Shown here piece by piece: positions 1 to 8,952 of a stretch of DNA of 45,524 bases. Under the pieces are notes generated by a model. The model was not told where the DNA came from and did not search any database. It worked only from the letters and a program-made list of their open reading frames with translations. The DNA is from an uncultured Candidatus Saccharibacteria bacterium (GTDB lineage Bacteria > Patescibacteriota > Saccharimonadia > Saccharimonadales > UBA10212). The DNA is taken from the NCBI GenBank assembly GCA_964567555.1, contig CAZMNA010000002.1, forward strand, positions 71,795 through 117,318, read 5' to 3'. How positions within the stretch are numbered: position 1 is the stretch's first letter; the number at the start of each line of letters is the position of its first letter. Position numbers and translations under genes: made by a program.

Positions 1-2290
1 TATTCAAACTAATTTTTACCAGACGAGGGTTAATAATGCCTGGCTCAAAATCATCAGGAATGATTAATAGTTTGCCATATGTACCCACAAGACTTATCAA
101 TACGTCGCCTGCCTTGATTTTGCAGCTTTCTAGCGACTTATATCTCTTCTCGTCAATATAGTAATCACCGTAATGTGCATCATGACGTATAACCTGCTCT
201 TGCCCATAAATTTTATATCCCGATGATGTGTAAAACTCCTTTTTAAGAGCTGAGCCAAAAGGTCCTGCTTTTATGGCGTTTTTCTCAGCTCTTGCTACGT
301 CCTGGATCTTGAGTCTTTGCCAAGCTGGATCAATTTTTACTGTCGGCTTATAGTTTTCTACGACTTGGCGGGCACCGTCGATGATTTTTTGGTAGCCGTC
401 TAGCTCGTCGACGATTTGTTTCTGTGCTTCAATCGGTGGTAGCGGTATTTTAATCTTCTTCAAGATTCCTACGGAGACAAAATTAAATGAGGTTTTTCCG
501 CTGAGTCTTTCTAACTCATCCTTGAATGTGGAGGTCAGCCAAAAAAGGAATTTTGGCAGCAAAACTTTTCTATCTTTTACGACTAGCCCGTTGAATTGCT
601 GGTTGGTGGTTAATTCTATCTCTGTAAATGCGTACTCTCCAACAGACGCAGTACAGCACAAAAGCACGGTTTCTTTTGGCAGGAGTTTGACACTAGTTTT
701 GTTCAGCGCATTCTCGGTTATATGTTTTGCTGTCTCGCGTATAGTGCGACCTTGCGATCGTATATCCTCGATAGTGAACCAGGGCACGTTGCCTTTATAC
801 CAAAATTCGGAGTTAGTTTTTGACGGTGTGCTGCCGTTAGAAATGTCTACAACCTCCCCGAGTTCTTTTATAGGCCAGCTTGTGTTTTGCAGTAGTTCAT
901 TCTCAATGTAGCGGCTGGCGCTGAGGTTATAGTCACCCGATTCAGCGATTTTTGATCGCTCGACCAAATTGACTTCGATAACTTTGCTAAATTCTCCTAT
1001 ATTACGAGTAGCCGCCTCTGATTCTAGATAATCATTAATCTGCTCCAGCTTGGTGAAGTCTCCGCTTCTGAATTTCAGCAGCACCTTGGCAATGGTTGGT
1101 AAATCATTTTTGTCGGGCGTCGGACGGCGCTGAGCGCCAAGATCAAAACCGTCGTGCTCCACTTTGGCAAATACAATATGCTTGGATAGCTTGGCCCTAT
1201 TGTTATCAAAAATCAAAATGCTGGTTTTTACTCCAGCGTAAGGATTAAAAACACCAGACGGCAAAGATACAACGGCCAACAAGCCATCCTCTACTAAAGC
1301 TTTGCGAAGCTGCACATACGCTTTGCCGCTTTGAAAGATAATGCCCTCCGGCACTATGATGCCAGCGCGGCCTTTTTGTTTAAGATGGCTCATTATATAG
1401 TCAACGAATAAGACCTCTGCCCGAGTTGCATCCACGCCAAATTTTTTATGTGGGGTAATGCCGCCCTTTGGGCTCATAAATGGTGGGTTAGCTATAATTA
1501 CGTCAAACATTTCATCCCAGCGCTCTTGGCTGGAAAGCGTGTCGTACTCGTATATTTTTGGTTGGCTGTTGCCATGCAGGTACATATTTACGCGAGCTAG
1601 CTTAACCATGTCGCTGCTAATGTCGTAGCCCTCTAGGTTGTCCATGAGCTTTTGTTTTTCGCCGTAAGTTAAGGGCTTTTTATCTTTGCCCTCATGCTTA
1701 CCGACAATGTGGTTGTAGGCACTGATTAAAAAGCCGGCGGTGCCGCAGGCAGGGTCAAGAATTGTGTCGCCAATGTCCGGGTCTATAACATCGACCATGA
1801 AGTCGATAATGTGGCGCGGCGTGCGGAACTGGCCGGCGTCACCCTGCGAGCCCATAATGCTAAGCAAATATTCAAAAGCGTTGCCTAGTTCTTCCGAATG
1901 GTTGTAGTCAAAAAACTCAATTTCTTTTAGGAATAAATCCAGGGTATGCGGATCGCGGTATGGCAAGAATGCTTGGCGGAAAATATCGCGGAATAGCGGC
2001 GGCAGACCGGCGGCGGTGCTAAATTTTTCCAGTGCTTCAGTGTACATATTTAACCGGTCTTGCGCGCCTGTGCGCGGATTCATTAATTTGCGCCAGGAAT
2101 ATTTTTCTAGGTCACTAGTGAAGAAGGTAGGTTTGCCACCAGCATCGATGGACTTTACGTCCATATCGTCCATGAATTTATAAATTAGCGCATTAGTTAT
2201 TTGATCTATTTGCGCCTTTGGGTCCGGCACTTTGCCAACCAAAACCTGCCGCGCCGCGTCAATATGTCTCTTTGTCTCAACAGTTAGCAC
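1..2290 (-). CDS. Type I-like N6-adenine methyltransferase fused to specificity (TRD) domains (HsdM-HsdS fusion), truncated by the window edge
   Basis: Missing from the ORF track because it runs off the edge. Hand translation from GTG at 2290 is open to position 2: MLTVETKRHIDAARQVLVGKVPDP..., GQFRTPRHII, motif I ILDPACGTAGF, motif IV IANPPF, then HsdS-like WPIKELGEVV...GSTPSK and KIPLPPIEAQKQIV followed by a second TRD. GGAGG and TATAAT (2311-2316) lie upstream. Confidence 0.9.
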   Translation of the reverse strand, partial: MLTVETKRHIDAARQVLVGKVPDPKAQIDQITNALIYKFMDDMDVKSIDAGGKPTFFTSDLEKYSWRKLMNPRTGAQDRLNMYTEALEKFSTAAGLPPLFRDIFRQAFLPYRDPHTLDLFLKEIEFFDYNHSEELGNAFEYLLSIMGSQGDAGQFRTPRHIIDFMVDVIDPDIGDTILDPACGTAGFLISAYNHIVGKHEGKDKKPLTYGEKQKLMDNLEGYDISSDMVKLARVNMYLHGNSQPKIYEYDTLSSQERWDEMFDVIIANPPFMSPKGGITPHKKFGVDATRAEVLFVDYIMSHLKQKGRAGIIVPEGIIFQSGKAYVQLRKALVEDGLLAVVSLPSGVFNPYAGVKTSILIFDNNRAKLSKHIVFAKVEHDGFDLGAQRRPTPDKNDLPTIAKVLLKFRSGDFTKLEQINDYLESEAATRNIGEFSKVIEVNLVERSKIAESGDYNLSASRYIENELLQNTSWPIKELGEVVDISNGSTPSKTNSEFWYKGNVPWFTIEDIRSQGRTIRETAKHITENALNKTSVKLLPKETVLLCCTASVGEYAFTEIELTTNQQFNGLVVKDRKVLLPKFLFWLTSTFKDELERLSGKTSFNFVSVGILKKIKIPLPPIEAQKQIVDELDGYQKIIDGARQVVENYKPTVKIDPAWQRLKIQDVARAEKNAIKAGPFGSALKKEFYTSSGYKIYGQEQVIRHDAHYGDYYIDEKRYKSLESCKIKAGDVLISLVGTYGKLLIIPDDFEPGIINPRLVKISLN

Positions 2291-2397
2291 TCGACCCTCC
2301 GCTTAGAGATATTATACTTCGTTTGAATACGAATTTGCGGCATCGGCTCAAACAGAAGTTCAAAATGGCATCAGTATATGCGTGCGATAATGACTAT

Positions 2398-3888
2398 ATG
2401 ACCAAAAAAGCTTATTTATCGAAGTCGGATTTTTTGAAGTATTTGGTTTGCCCGCAATATCTGTGGCTTTATAAATTCAAGCGTGAAGTTGTGCCACCAG
2501 ACGATGACTTTGTTGCCAAGCAAAGAATGAAGCAAGGCAATGAAGTAGAAGAGTGGGCACGTAAGCTCTACCCTGACGGGAAAATGGTTGATGAAAAGTT
2601 TGACGAAGCCCGCACACAAACTGAAAAGCTGGTTGCAGATGGAGCCAAGACAATTTTTCAAGCGACAGTTTTTACCGACAGCGGACTGCTAGTTAAGGCT
2701 GACGTTTTTAACTTTGACGAAAAAAGCAAAAGCTGGGAGATCCGCGAAGTAAAATCATCCACCAAGATCAAGAAGGACAGATTCCACATTGAGGACGTTG
2801 CCTTCCAAAAAGCCGCCTTTGAAAGTGCTGGATATAAAATCGGTAAAACTTACTTGGTGCATCTAGATAAAACCTACTCCCGTCACGGCGAGTTAAGTCC
2901 CAGGGGATTGTTTGAAGAAGAGGATGTTAGCGAGCAAGTTGATAAAATATCGCCCCAAATTAAAACTATGGCGGACGATGCACTGAAAATGCTCAAAGGG
3001 ACCGAAGAACCTAAGACTTGCAGTTGCCGGCTAAAATCCAAGACCAAACACTGCCCAACATTTAGCTACCTAAACCCGGATATCCCAGAATATTCCGTCT
3101 TTAACATTGCGCGAATCGCCGGGAAAAATTTAGCGCTACTGGTTGATAGTGAGGTCTATAACGTTGACGAAGTATCTGAGGACATCAAGCTTTCGCCAAT
3201 CCAAAGAAACCAAGTTAATGCGGCCAAAACCAAGCAACCGATTATTGACGGTGGAGAGATTGCTAAGGTTCTGGATGAACTTGAGTTTCCACTGTACTTT
3301 TTGGACTATGAAACTCTCAACCTGGCGCTACCTATTTACCAAGGCCACAAGCCATACCAGCATGTGCCGTTCCAGTACTCACTGCATGTTTTACCCGACC
3401 ATAACGCAGAGCTGGAACATTATGAGTTTCTAGACCGAGTAGGCAAACAACCGCCGGAACCGGAACTTTTGGAAAATTTGACCAAGCAAATTGGCAAAAC
3501 CGGCAATGTAATTGTTTGGAACAAATCATTTGAGATAGGCCGGAATAAAGATATGGCCGAGACATACAGCCAGTACGCTAATTTTCTAAACGACCTAAAT
3601 GACAGGGTATTTGACCTGATGGAGGTTTTTAGCAAGCAATTATTTATACACCCGGGTTTTATGGGCAGTAGCTCTATTAAAAAAGTTCTGCCGGTGATGG
3701 TGCCAGAATTTAGCTACAAAGAAATGGACATTCAAAGCGGCGACGTGGCCGCTATACGCTGGTATGACGCAACTAGTGGCAACGTTAGCAAAAGCCAAGC
3801 AGAAAAAACGTTTGACTCACTGATTAAGTACTGCGGGCTTGACACTCTGGCGATGGTCAAAATCTACGAAGCACTCAAAGCTGTATAA
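2398..3888 (+). CDS. DUF2779-domain protein: Cas4/AddB-like PD-(D/E)xK nuclease with Cys staple plus RNase H-like domain
   Basis: LSKSDFLKYLVCP, KADVF...EIREVKSS, CSCRLKSKTKHCP, FLDYET, PFQYSLH, YCGLDTLAM. Start moved from 2218 to ATG 2398, which lies 6 nt after TGcGATAAT. Confidence 0.8.
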   Translation: MTKKAYLSKSDFLKYLVCPQYLWLYKFKREVVPPDDDFVAKQRMKQGNEVEEWARKLYPDGKMVDEKFDEARTQTEKLVADGAKTIFQATVFTDSGLLVKADVFNFDEKSKSWEIREVKSSTKIKKDRFHIEDVAFQKAAFESAGYKIGKTYLVHLDKTYSRHGELSPRGLFEEEDVSEQVDKISPQIKTMADDALKMLKGTEEPKTCSCRLKSKTKHCPTFSYLNPDIPEYSVFNIARIAGKNLALLVDSEVYNVDEVSEDIKLSPIQRNQVNAAKTKQPIIDGGEIAKVLDELEFPLYFLDYETLNLALPIYQGHKPYQHVPFQYSLHVLPDHNAELEHYEFLDRVGKQPPEPELLENLTKQIGKTGNVIVWNKSFEIGRNKDMAETYSQYANFLNDLNDRVFDLMEVFSKQLFIHPGFMGSSSIKKVLPVMVPEFSYKEMDIQSGDVAAIRWYDATSGNVSKSQAEKTFDSLIKYCGLDTLAMVKIYEALKAV

Positions 3889-3918
3889 AATGGGTCTGGG
3901 CATCGGCTTTTTTCGAAT

Positions 3919-5073
3919 TTATGCGGCGACTGGGAACTCTAGCCACTTTTGGTCTTGGACAGCGCCGCGATTTTTAATCCAGATTACCGGCTCGTCTGTT
4001 ACACTGCCAATTTCTTTACCTGTTAGGCCGTGTTTTTTGCCTACTTCAATAACACTATCTGGATCTGACGTTACTACTATCAAACCTGTGCCCATGCATA
4101 AAGTATTGTAGGCTTCTTTGTCTGGCACCATTCCAAGCCTTTGTACTAAATCCATCGGTGTTGGAGGTTGAAAAGGGTTGTCGATAATAGCGCCGCAACC
4201 ACTGGCTTTGAGCAAACTCCCGAGCTTTTCTGGTATACCACCACCGCTGATATTGACCGCACCGTCGAATTCCGCCAGTGCCGGCCGCCTAAGGTCATAG
4301 CCACCTGTCATATCAACGAGCGCCGGCGTATAAACCTCGGACGGCCGAAGCACAAGATCGGCCAACCGCTGCCCCATGAAGATTTCCTCGCCCCAATCGG
4401 GCCCATAATAATATTCGAGAATATCTCTTACCAACGAATGGCCGTTGGTGCGGAAACCCGGCTCGAGGAAACCAACTAGTGGTTCGCCCGGCTTAATTTT
4501 GGAACTGTCGACTAGCCGCGATTCATGGCTGTAACCAGTCATCATTCCGGCTAGCTCAAACCTAAATTGGTCTAACGACCCCATTGTATTGTCTTGGGCT
4601 AGTTCGCCATTAGAGATTGATATGCCCAGGCGAGCCGTGGCGTCTACGGATCCTGCAGCAAGTTCCTGGATTTGCCTAAGCCGGTCATTGTCCTGCCCTA
4701 AAGTATTAACCTTTACATGAACAACAAGATGGACTGGTTCATATCCTCTGCAGGCGGCATCGGCGCCGCTTGCTTCGGCAAGGTCGGTGTAGATCGTACG
4801 TAAATTTCCGGCAATCCTGGCTATTTCAGGCTTACTGCCAGCACCGTCTGCAAACTCGTAAGTGACTGTTCCGGCAGGCAATTCCCCGACATCGGAATAC
4901 CGGACACCGCGAAAATCGTCATGCAGAGTGGTTATTTCGCCCAGCCTGCCCAGCCGATTTTTACTTGTAAGCTGTGAATATTCATATAGAGTCCGCGATG
5001 CTTCAGCCTCTACATGCACATCCACGCCTGATTCACCGTAACTAAAGCTTTTGGGCTTCCATGCTTCCGCCAT
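3919..5073 (-). CDS. purM: Phosphoribosylformylglycinamidine cyclo-ligase (AIR synthase) homolog, divergent
   Basis: SYGESGVD, DGAGSK, GELAQ, IKPGEPLVG...TNGHSLVR, NISGGGIPEKL and EAYNTLCMGTG match PurM motifs in order. Confidence 0.75.
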   Translation of the reverse strand: MAEAWKPKSFSYGESGVDVHVEAEASRTLYEYSQLTSKNRLGRLGEITTLHDDFRGVRYSDVGELPAGTVTYEFADGAGSKPEIARIAGNLRTIYTDLAEASGADAACRGYEPVHLVVHVKVNTLGQDNDRLRQIQELAAGSVDATARLGISISNGELAQDNTMGSLDQFRFELAGMMTGYSHESRLVDSSKIKPGEPLVGFLEPGFRTNGHSLVRDILEYYYGPDWGEEIFMGQRLADLVLRPSEVYTPALVDMTGGYDLRRPALAEFDGAVNISGGGIPEKLGSLLKASGCGAIIDNPFQPPTPMDLVQRLGMVPDKEAYNTLCMGTGLIVVTSDPDSVIEVGKKHGLTGKEIGSVTDEPVIWIKNRGAVQDQKWLEFPVAA

Positions 5074-5179
5074 AACTAAATCTTAGACTGCCAAGACAGC
5101 CTAACCAAGCATATGCGGAATGTGTTTTATAGCCGTTTTGGCATCTTTAAAAGATTCAGGCTCGAGAAAACCTTGTGAG

Positions 5180-5375
5180 TCTGGGCATCGGCTCTTTATT
5201 TCGGACCCAGGGCCAACGGATAAATTTTTACGCTAGCGAGCTAACCGTTTGGCGAGGACTGTCTGACCCGCCAGCTGGCGGGGAGTTCCGCAGCCACGGT
5301 GTGGGCCAGTAAAAATTTAATCCAGTTCGGCGAATGTCCGAGAGTTTTGGCCACACCTTTTCGGCAAAAGGTGTG
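5180..5375. repeat. Structured intergenic element R1 (candidate ncRNA or miniature mobile element), related to R2
   Basis: Long imperfect rod (GGATAAATTTTTAC/GTAAAAATTTAATCC, ACCGT/ACGGT, palindrome CCCGCCAGCTGGCGGG). Both end motifs are shared with 7276-7503. Confidence 0.5.
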
Positions 5376-5400
5376 AAACTTAGTTTGCTATGATTTATGA

Positions 5401-5820
5401 ATGAAACACTACCAAGACAAACAAAAATACATCGTAGTTTTGAAAAAGGGCGAAGATTTAATGGAAGGTCTACGCCAGTTTTGCAAAGAGAGTGGCGTCA
5501 ACGAAGCTTGGCTACAGGGTCTGGGGGCCGCACTGAGCGTAGAACTTGGTTATTACCACCTAGATGACCAAAAATACACGTGGAAAACTTTTGACGGCCC
5601 TATGGAGATTACCAGCCTGAACGGCAACATCGTCCAAAAAGACGGCCAGCCGATGTTTCACATGCACGGCACCTTTAGTGGCCCCGATTACGGCACCATA
5701 GGCGGCCACATAAAGTCCCTGACCATAGCCGGCACCTGTGAAATACTGGTGCACAAAATGGATACCAAACTTACCCGCGCCCACGACGAGCAAGTCGGCC
5801 TAGACCTCCTCTGCCCTTAA
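5401..5820 (+). CDS. PPC/DUF296 domain protein
   Basis: VLKKGEDLMEGL, GLGA, EITSLNGNI, HMHGTF, IGGH, EI. Confidence 0.85.
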   Translation: MKHYQDKQKYIVVLKKGEDLMEGLRQFCKESGVNEAWLQGLGAALSVELGYYHLDDQKYTWKTFDGPMEITSLNGNIVQKDGQPMFHMHGTFSGPDYGTIGGHIKSLTIAGTCEILVHKMDTKLTRAHDEQVGLDLLCP

Positions 5821-5867
5821 AAACGTAAGCAATTTTCTATCCGCAAAATTCTGGTAAAGTAGCTTTC

Positions 5868-6479
5868 ATGGCAGACCCTTATGAGCGGGTAGAAGGTGGT
5901 TTAAGCCCGTCGGACCTAACGCAGGCAGCTTTTTATGTTGGCAGGATTGGCAGCAAGGGGTTAGTAGAGGTAGCAGAAGTAGCTGTTCCCAATCTTGTAG
6001 CTGCGGATGGCTCTGTGAGGGTAATGGCCGCTAGTTTGCTAAGACTGGCTAGGAGGGCGGCGGAAGAAGACAGCGTAATTTTGATCCGTGCAGCAGGTAA
6101 GAATGGTAACCAAGCAGAACCCACTGATGAACTGGAGCCCACAGTACTAGCGGGCGGACGAGTTGTTATTGATCACTTGGGGATGGACGTAGTGGTAGAC
6201 GAAGAGCCTAAAGGCTTGCAACGAAGGCCCTATCAAATACTAGAGCTGCTAGCTCAACAACAAGGCCGTGTACTTACCCAGAAGGCGATAATGAAGCATG
6301 TCTGGGGCAGCACATATGTATCTAGTAGGATAGTTGATGTTAACGTTGGTGTAATCCGAAAAGCATTAGGCGATGAGCTAAGGGACCTTATCGAAACTAG
6401 ACGTGGTATTGGTTATATTATCCCGAGGGAGAAAGACCAGCCAGAAGACTCACCCGTACCGCCCGACCCCGAGACATAA
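5868..6479 (+). CDS. OmpR/PhoB-type winged-helix protein lacking a recognisable receiver domain
   Basis: C-terminal ILELLAQQQGRVLT...VWG...RIVDVNVGVIRKALG...IETRRGIGY. Confidence 0.75.
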   Translation: MADPYERVEGGLSPSDLTQAAFYVGRIGSKGLVEVAEVAVPNLVAADGSVRVMAASLLRLARRAAEEDSVILIRAAGKNGNQAEPTDELEPTVLAGGRVVIDHLGMDVVVDEEPKGLQRRPYQILELLAQQQGRVLTQKAIMKHVWGSTYVSSRIVDVNVGVIRKALGDELRDLIETRRGIGYIIPREKDQPEDSPVPPDPET

Positions 6480-6602
6480 AACTTTGGCATCTCAAAAACC
6501 GGCCATCGGCTCATTGGTCTGTGAACCAAAAGTTGTAAAAATTTCAACAAACGTGCTATAGTTACAAGTAACAAGTCGACACTAAAAGTACATTTTTGAG
6601 GG

Positions 6603-6657
6603 AGTGTTACCAAAAGCGCCGGACGATAGTCCCTAAACGTTCGAGAAAGGTAACACT
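6603..6657 (+). promoter_or_regulatory. 5' leader stem enclosing the RBS region of the downstream gene
   Basis: AGTGTTACC (6603-6611) pairs with GGTAACACT (6649-6657) immediately before ATG 6658. Inner hairpin GGAC-GATA-GTCC. Confidence 0.35.
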
Positions 6658-7239
6658 ATGCCAATAAGCACCGCAAATTTTTTGGGTAGATACGCTATTG
6701 CCCAGAACAACTACTTTGAAGAAGAAGCCATTCGTTTGGCAAAACCTGTCAGCAACAGAAAGATTAAAAGTCTGAGAAAACGGTTAACTCTTGGGCGTGG
6801 TCCGTTTGCGCCCAGGCTGGATACTGCCACGGAAAAACTCATCGGCATGACCGATGGGGCACATGAAAACCTGATTTCTGCCAATACGGTTTTCCCGTTT
6901 GTGCTGTTCCCGGACACCATCAGTGTGGATAGACAAAAACTAACCATTACTCACAGATCGTTCTTCCAGACATCAAGCACAATTAGTGTTCAGATTGACG
7001 ATGTTCAACTGGCAAAAGTAGATGTTGGGCCATTTTTTGGCTCGGTTCACCTGGCTTCTAAGTTTTTTGTAGATAACATTCAATCAATTAACTTCCTAAG
7101 CAGAGGAGACGCTCTGGCAATCCAAAGATTATTGCAGGGTTACATGATAGCCCACCACCGGCAAATTGACTGCTCCTCTATAGACAATGCCCAGCTGGTA
7201 GTTCTACTGAATGAACTCGGCCAAAGCTCCGGAAGCTAA
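6658..7239 (+). CDS. Hypothetical protein, probable bacterial PH-like domain
   Basis: FPFVLFPDTISVDRQKLTITHRSFF...ISVQIDDV...VDVGPFFGSV pattern recalled from CPR PH-like proteins. Confidence 0.55.
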   Translation: MPISTANFLGRYAIAQNNYFEEEAIRLAKPVSNRKIKSLRKRLTLGRGPFAPRLDTATEKLIGMTDGAHENLISANTVFPFVLFPDTISVDRQKLTITHRSFFQTSSTISVQIDDVQLAKVDVGPFFGSVHLASKFFVDNIQSINFLSRGDALAIQRLLQGYMIAHHRQIDCSSIDNAQLVVLLNELGQSSGS

Positions 7240-7275
7240 AAGTTCCCCTGCCCTAGAAATCTCCGGAGCCCTAAA

Positions 7276-7503
7276 TTCGGACCCAGATCCGACAGATGAA
7301 TTTGGTTATTTATTCGGCATCTCTTGAGCCCTGATTTGATGTTGTGAGAATCAGGCGTGTTTGGCCGCGAGAGTTGTTTGACGAGGAAATATGCTGGGAG
7401 CATATTTTTGAGGGGTTCTCGAGCGAGCCTGATTTTTATCAACAGCGTGTCACGGCAAAAAAAACAGCCGAGAGTTTGGCGCCACCTTTTCGGCAAAAGG
7501 TGG
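7276..7503. repeat. Structured intergenic element R2, related to R1
   Basis: Between convergent genes. TTCGGACCCAG..CC.AC.GAT.AATTT is 23/28 identical to R1, and the terminal hairpin CACCTTTTCGGCAAAAGGTG is identical to R1. Confidence 0.5.
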
Positions 7504-7511
7504 TAAAAATT

Positions 7512-8099
7512 TTACTTTTTACCAAAAAGCTCCGGATGTTTTTCTAAAATCCTCAAAAGTTGCTCGTAATATTCATTGATTCTGGCATCCTGGTCAATCT
7601 TGCCAATTTTGATACTTTTCATTTGTTCAAATGTTATCCCATGGTTGTGCCAAGCGCCGCCTTCATACAGATAATTGTTGATTATGGGTACCAGCTTATC
7701 GAGGGCGTAGACAAATTTGGCTTCCTCTGAAGATAGGTTTTCGTATTCATCAATCAGCTCATGGAGGGATGTAAAGGCTGGCCACTCTTTTTTAAGTTTT
7801 TGTACGGCCTGGGCTTCTTTTTGCTTGGCCTTGGCTAGCTTGCTAGATGACGCAAAAGCCAGAGTATCACCAGCATAGACTTCAACAATATCGTGGGCCA
7901 TAGCTATGCAGGCCGCTTTGAACTTATCTAGTTTAAGCTTGTCTTTATCGATTATGTACCAAGCCGTCATTGCAAGTTGATAGCCGTGCTCGGCGTCATT
8001 TTCATGGCTACCTTTTTCTAGAATTATTGCTCGCTCAATGTTACGGATTGCGTGCGTAAATTTAATAAACTCGATTAGATTATCAATACCCTTGCTCAC
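7512..8099 (-). CDS. HD-domain phosphohydrolase (HD_3/YfbR-like)
   Basis: ENDAEHGY, AHDIVEVYAGD, EAKFVYALDKL. Confidence 0.85.
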   Translation of the reverse strand: MSKGIDNLIEFIKFTHAIRNIERAIILEKGSHENDAEHGYQLAMTAWYIIDKDKLKLDKFKAACIAMAHDIVEVYAGDTLAFASSSKLAKAKQKEAQAVQKLKKEWPAFTSLHELIDEYENLSSEEAKFVYALDKLVPIINNYLYEGGAWHNHGITFEQMKSIKIGKIDQDARINEYYEQLLRILEKHPELFGKK

Positions 8100-8123
8100 A
8101 GTTCGCCCTGGTTTTTGCTTGTT

Positions 8124-8939
8124 CTACAGCACATCCGTTGGGTCCCAACACGTCCGCATATCTCGCTCCAGCTTCTTAATCTCGGACATATCGGCTGAAT
8201 CGAGCTTGAAGTCAAAAATTTCAAAGTTCTCTTTGATGCGCTCGGCGTGAGTCGATTTAGGCAGTGGCACAGCGCCAATCTCTACACACCAGCGCAGCAT
8301 AGTTTGGGCGTTGGTTTTGCCATGTTTTTTAGCGATTTTGCTAAGAACCGGGTCATCTATTCCCTTGCCGTGAGCCAGCGGCGAATAGGCTTCCACCACA
8401 ATGCCCTTCTTGCGGCAGTACTCGACCTCGTCACGCATTTGCAAGAAAACGTGCAGCTCTATTTGGTTGACCGCCGGCTGAACGCTGGCGTAACTTTCCA
8501 TCTCTTTTAGGTGTTTGACCATGTAATTGCTGACGCCAATGGCCTTGGCCCGACCGGATTTATAAATCTTTTCCAGCTCCAGCCAGGCTTCGCGGCGGTG
8601 TTCGGTGACTGGGAAATGGACCAGTAATAAATCAACATAGTCGGTCTTGAGTTTAGCCAAAGACTTTTCAAAACTTGGCAGAACATCTTCTTTAGCCAGG
8701 TTTTTGGTCTGAATTTTGGTGGTGATGAAGTAATTTTCGCGCTTGCCTACCCCCGTGATGGTTGCACCCAAGTGCTGTTCGTTATGGTAGGCCTGTGCAT
8801 CATCAAAGTGCGTATAGCCGACACTAAGCGCCTCTTTGACCGCCTTGCGGCAGACAAAGCCCGGCAAAACCTGCCACAGCCCCAGCCCAACCTGCGGAAT
8901 TGTTTTGCCACTACTCATCTTTAAATTTGGTACTGCCAT
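8124..8939 (-). CDS. Aldo/keto reductase (DkgA-like)
   Basis: IPQVGLGLWQ, D.AQAYHNE, TTK, DLLLVHFP, IGVSNY, NQIELH, AYSPL, LPKS. Confidence 0.92.
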   Translation of the reverse strand: MAVPNLKMSSGKTIPQVGLGLWQVLPGFVCRKAVKEALSVGYTHFDDAQAYHNEQHLGATITGVGKRENYFITTKIQTKNLAKEDVLPSFEKSLAKLKTDYVDLLLVHFPVTEHRREAWLELEKIYKSGRAKAIGVSNYMVKHLKEMESYASVQPAVNQIELHVFLQMRDEVEYCRKKGIVVEAYSPLAHGKGIDDPVLSKIAKKHGKTNAQTMLRWCVEIGAVPLPKSTHAERIKENFEIFDFKLDSADMSEIKKLERDMRTCWDPTDVL

Positions 8940-8952
8940 AGTGCCTCCTTTT

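Noticed and set aside
522-911. 129-aa plus-strand ORF and the many other short antisense or nested ORFs in the track (e.g. 15168-15644, 25435-25914, 33604-34374)
   Set aside because: They are shadows of well-supported genes on the opposite strand or frame and have no family motifs.
2218-2397. N-terminal extension of the DUF2779 ORF
   Set aside because: It overlaps the start and promoter of the divergent methylase; homology-like sequence begins at MTKK.
5200-5343. HDV-like ribozyme, tmRNA, SRP or RNase P RNA in R1/R2
   Set aside because: GGCGAATG and AGCTGGCGGG resemble fragments of these RNAs, but the P1/P3/P1.1 topology, tRNA-like ends, SRP GGAA loop and RNase P conserved regions could not be built.
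5074-5400. Purine/ZTP/PRPP riboswitch for purM
   Set aside because: No consensus aptamer motifs are present, purM has a -10 six nt from its ATG, and the related R2 lies between convergent genes.
7236-7496. 86-aa minus ORF and 67-aa plus ORF (7344-7547) across R2
   Set aside because: They run through hairpin-rich repeat sequence with no recognisable domain or start signals.
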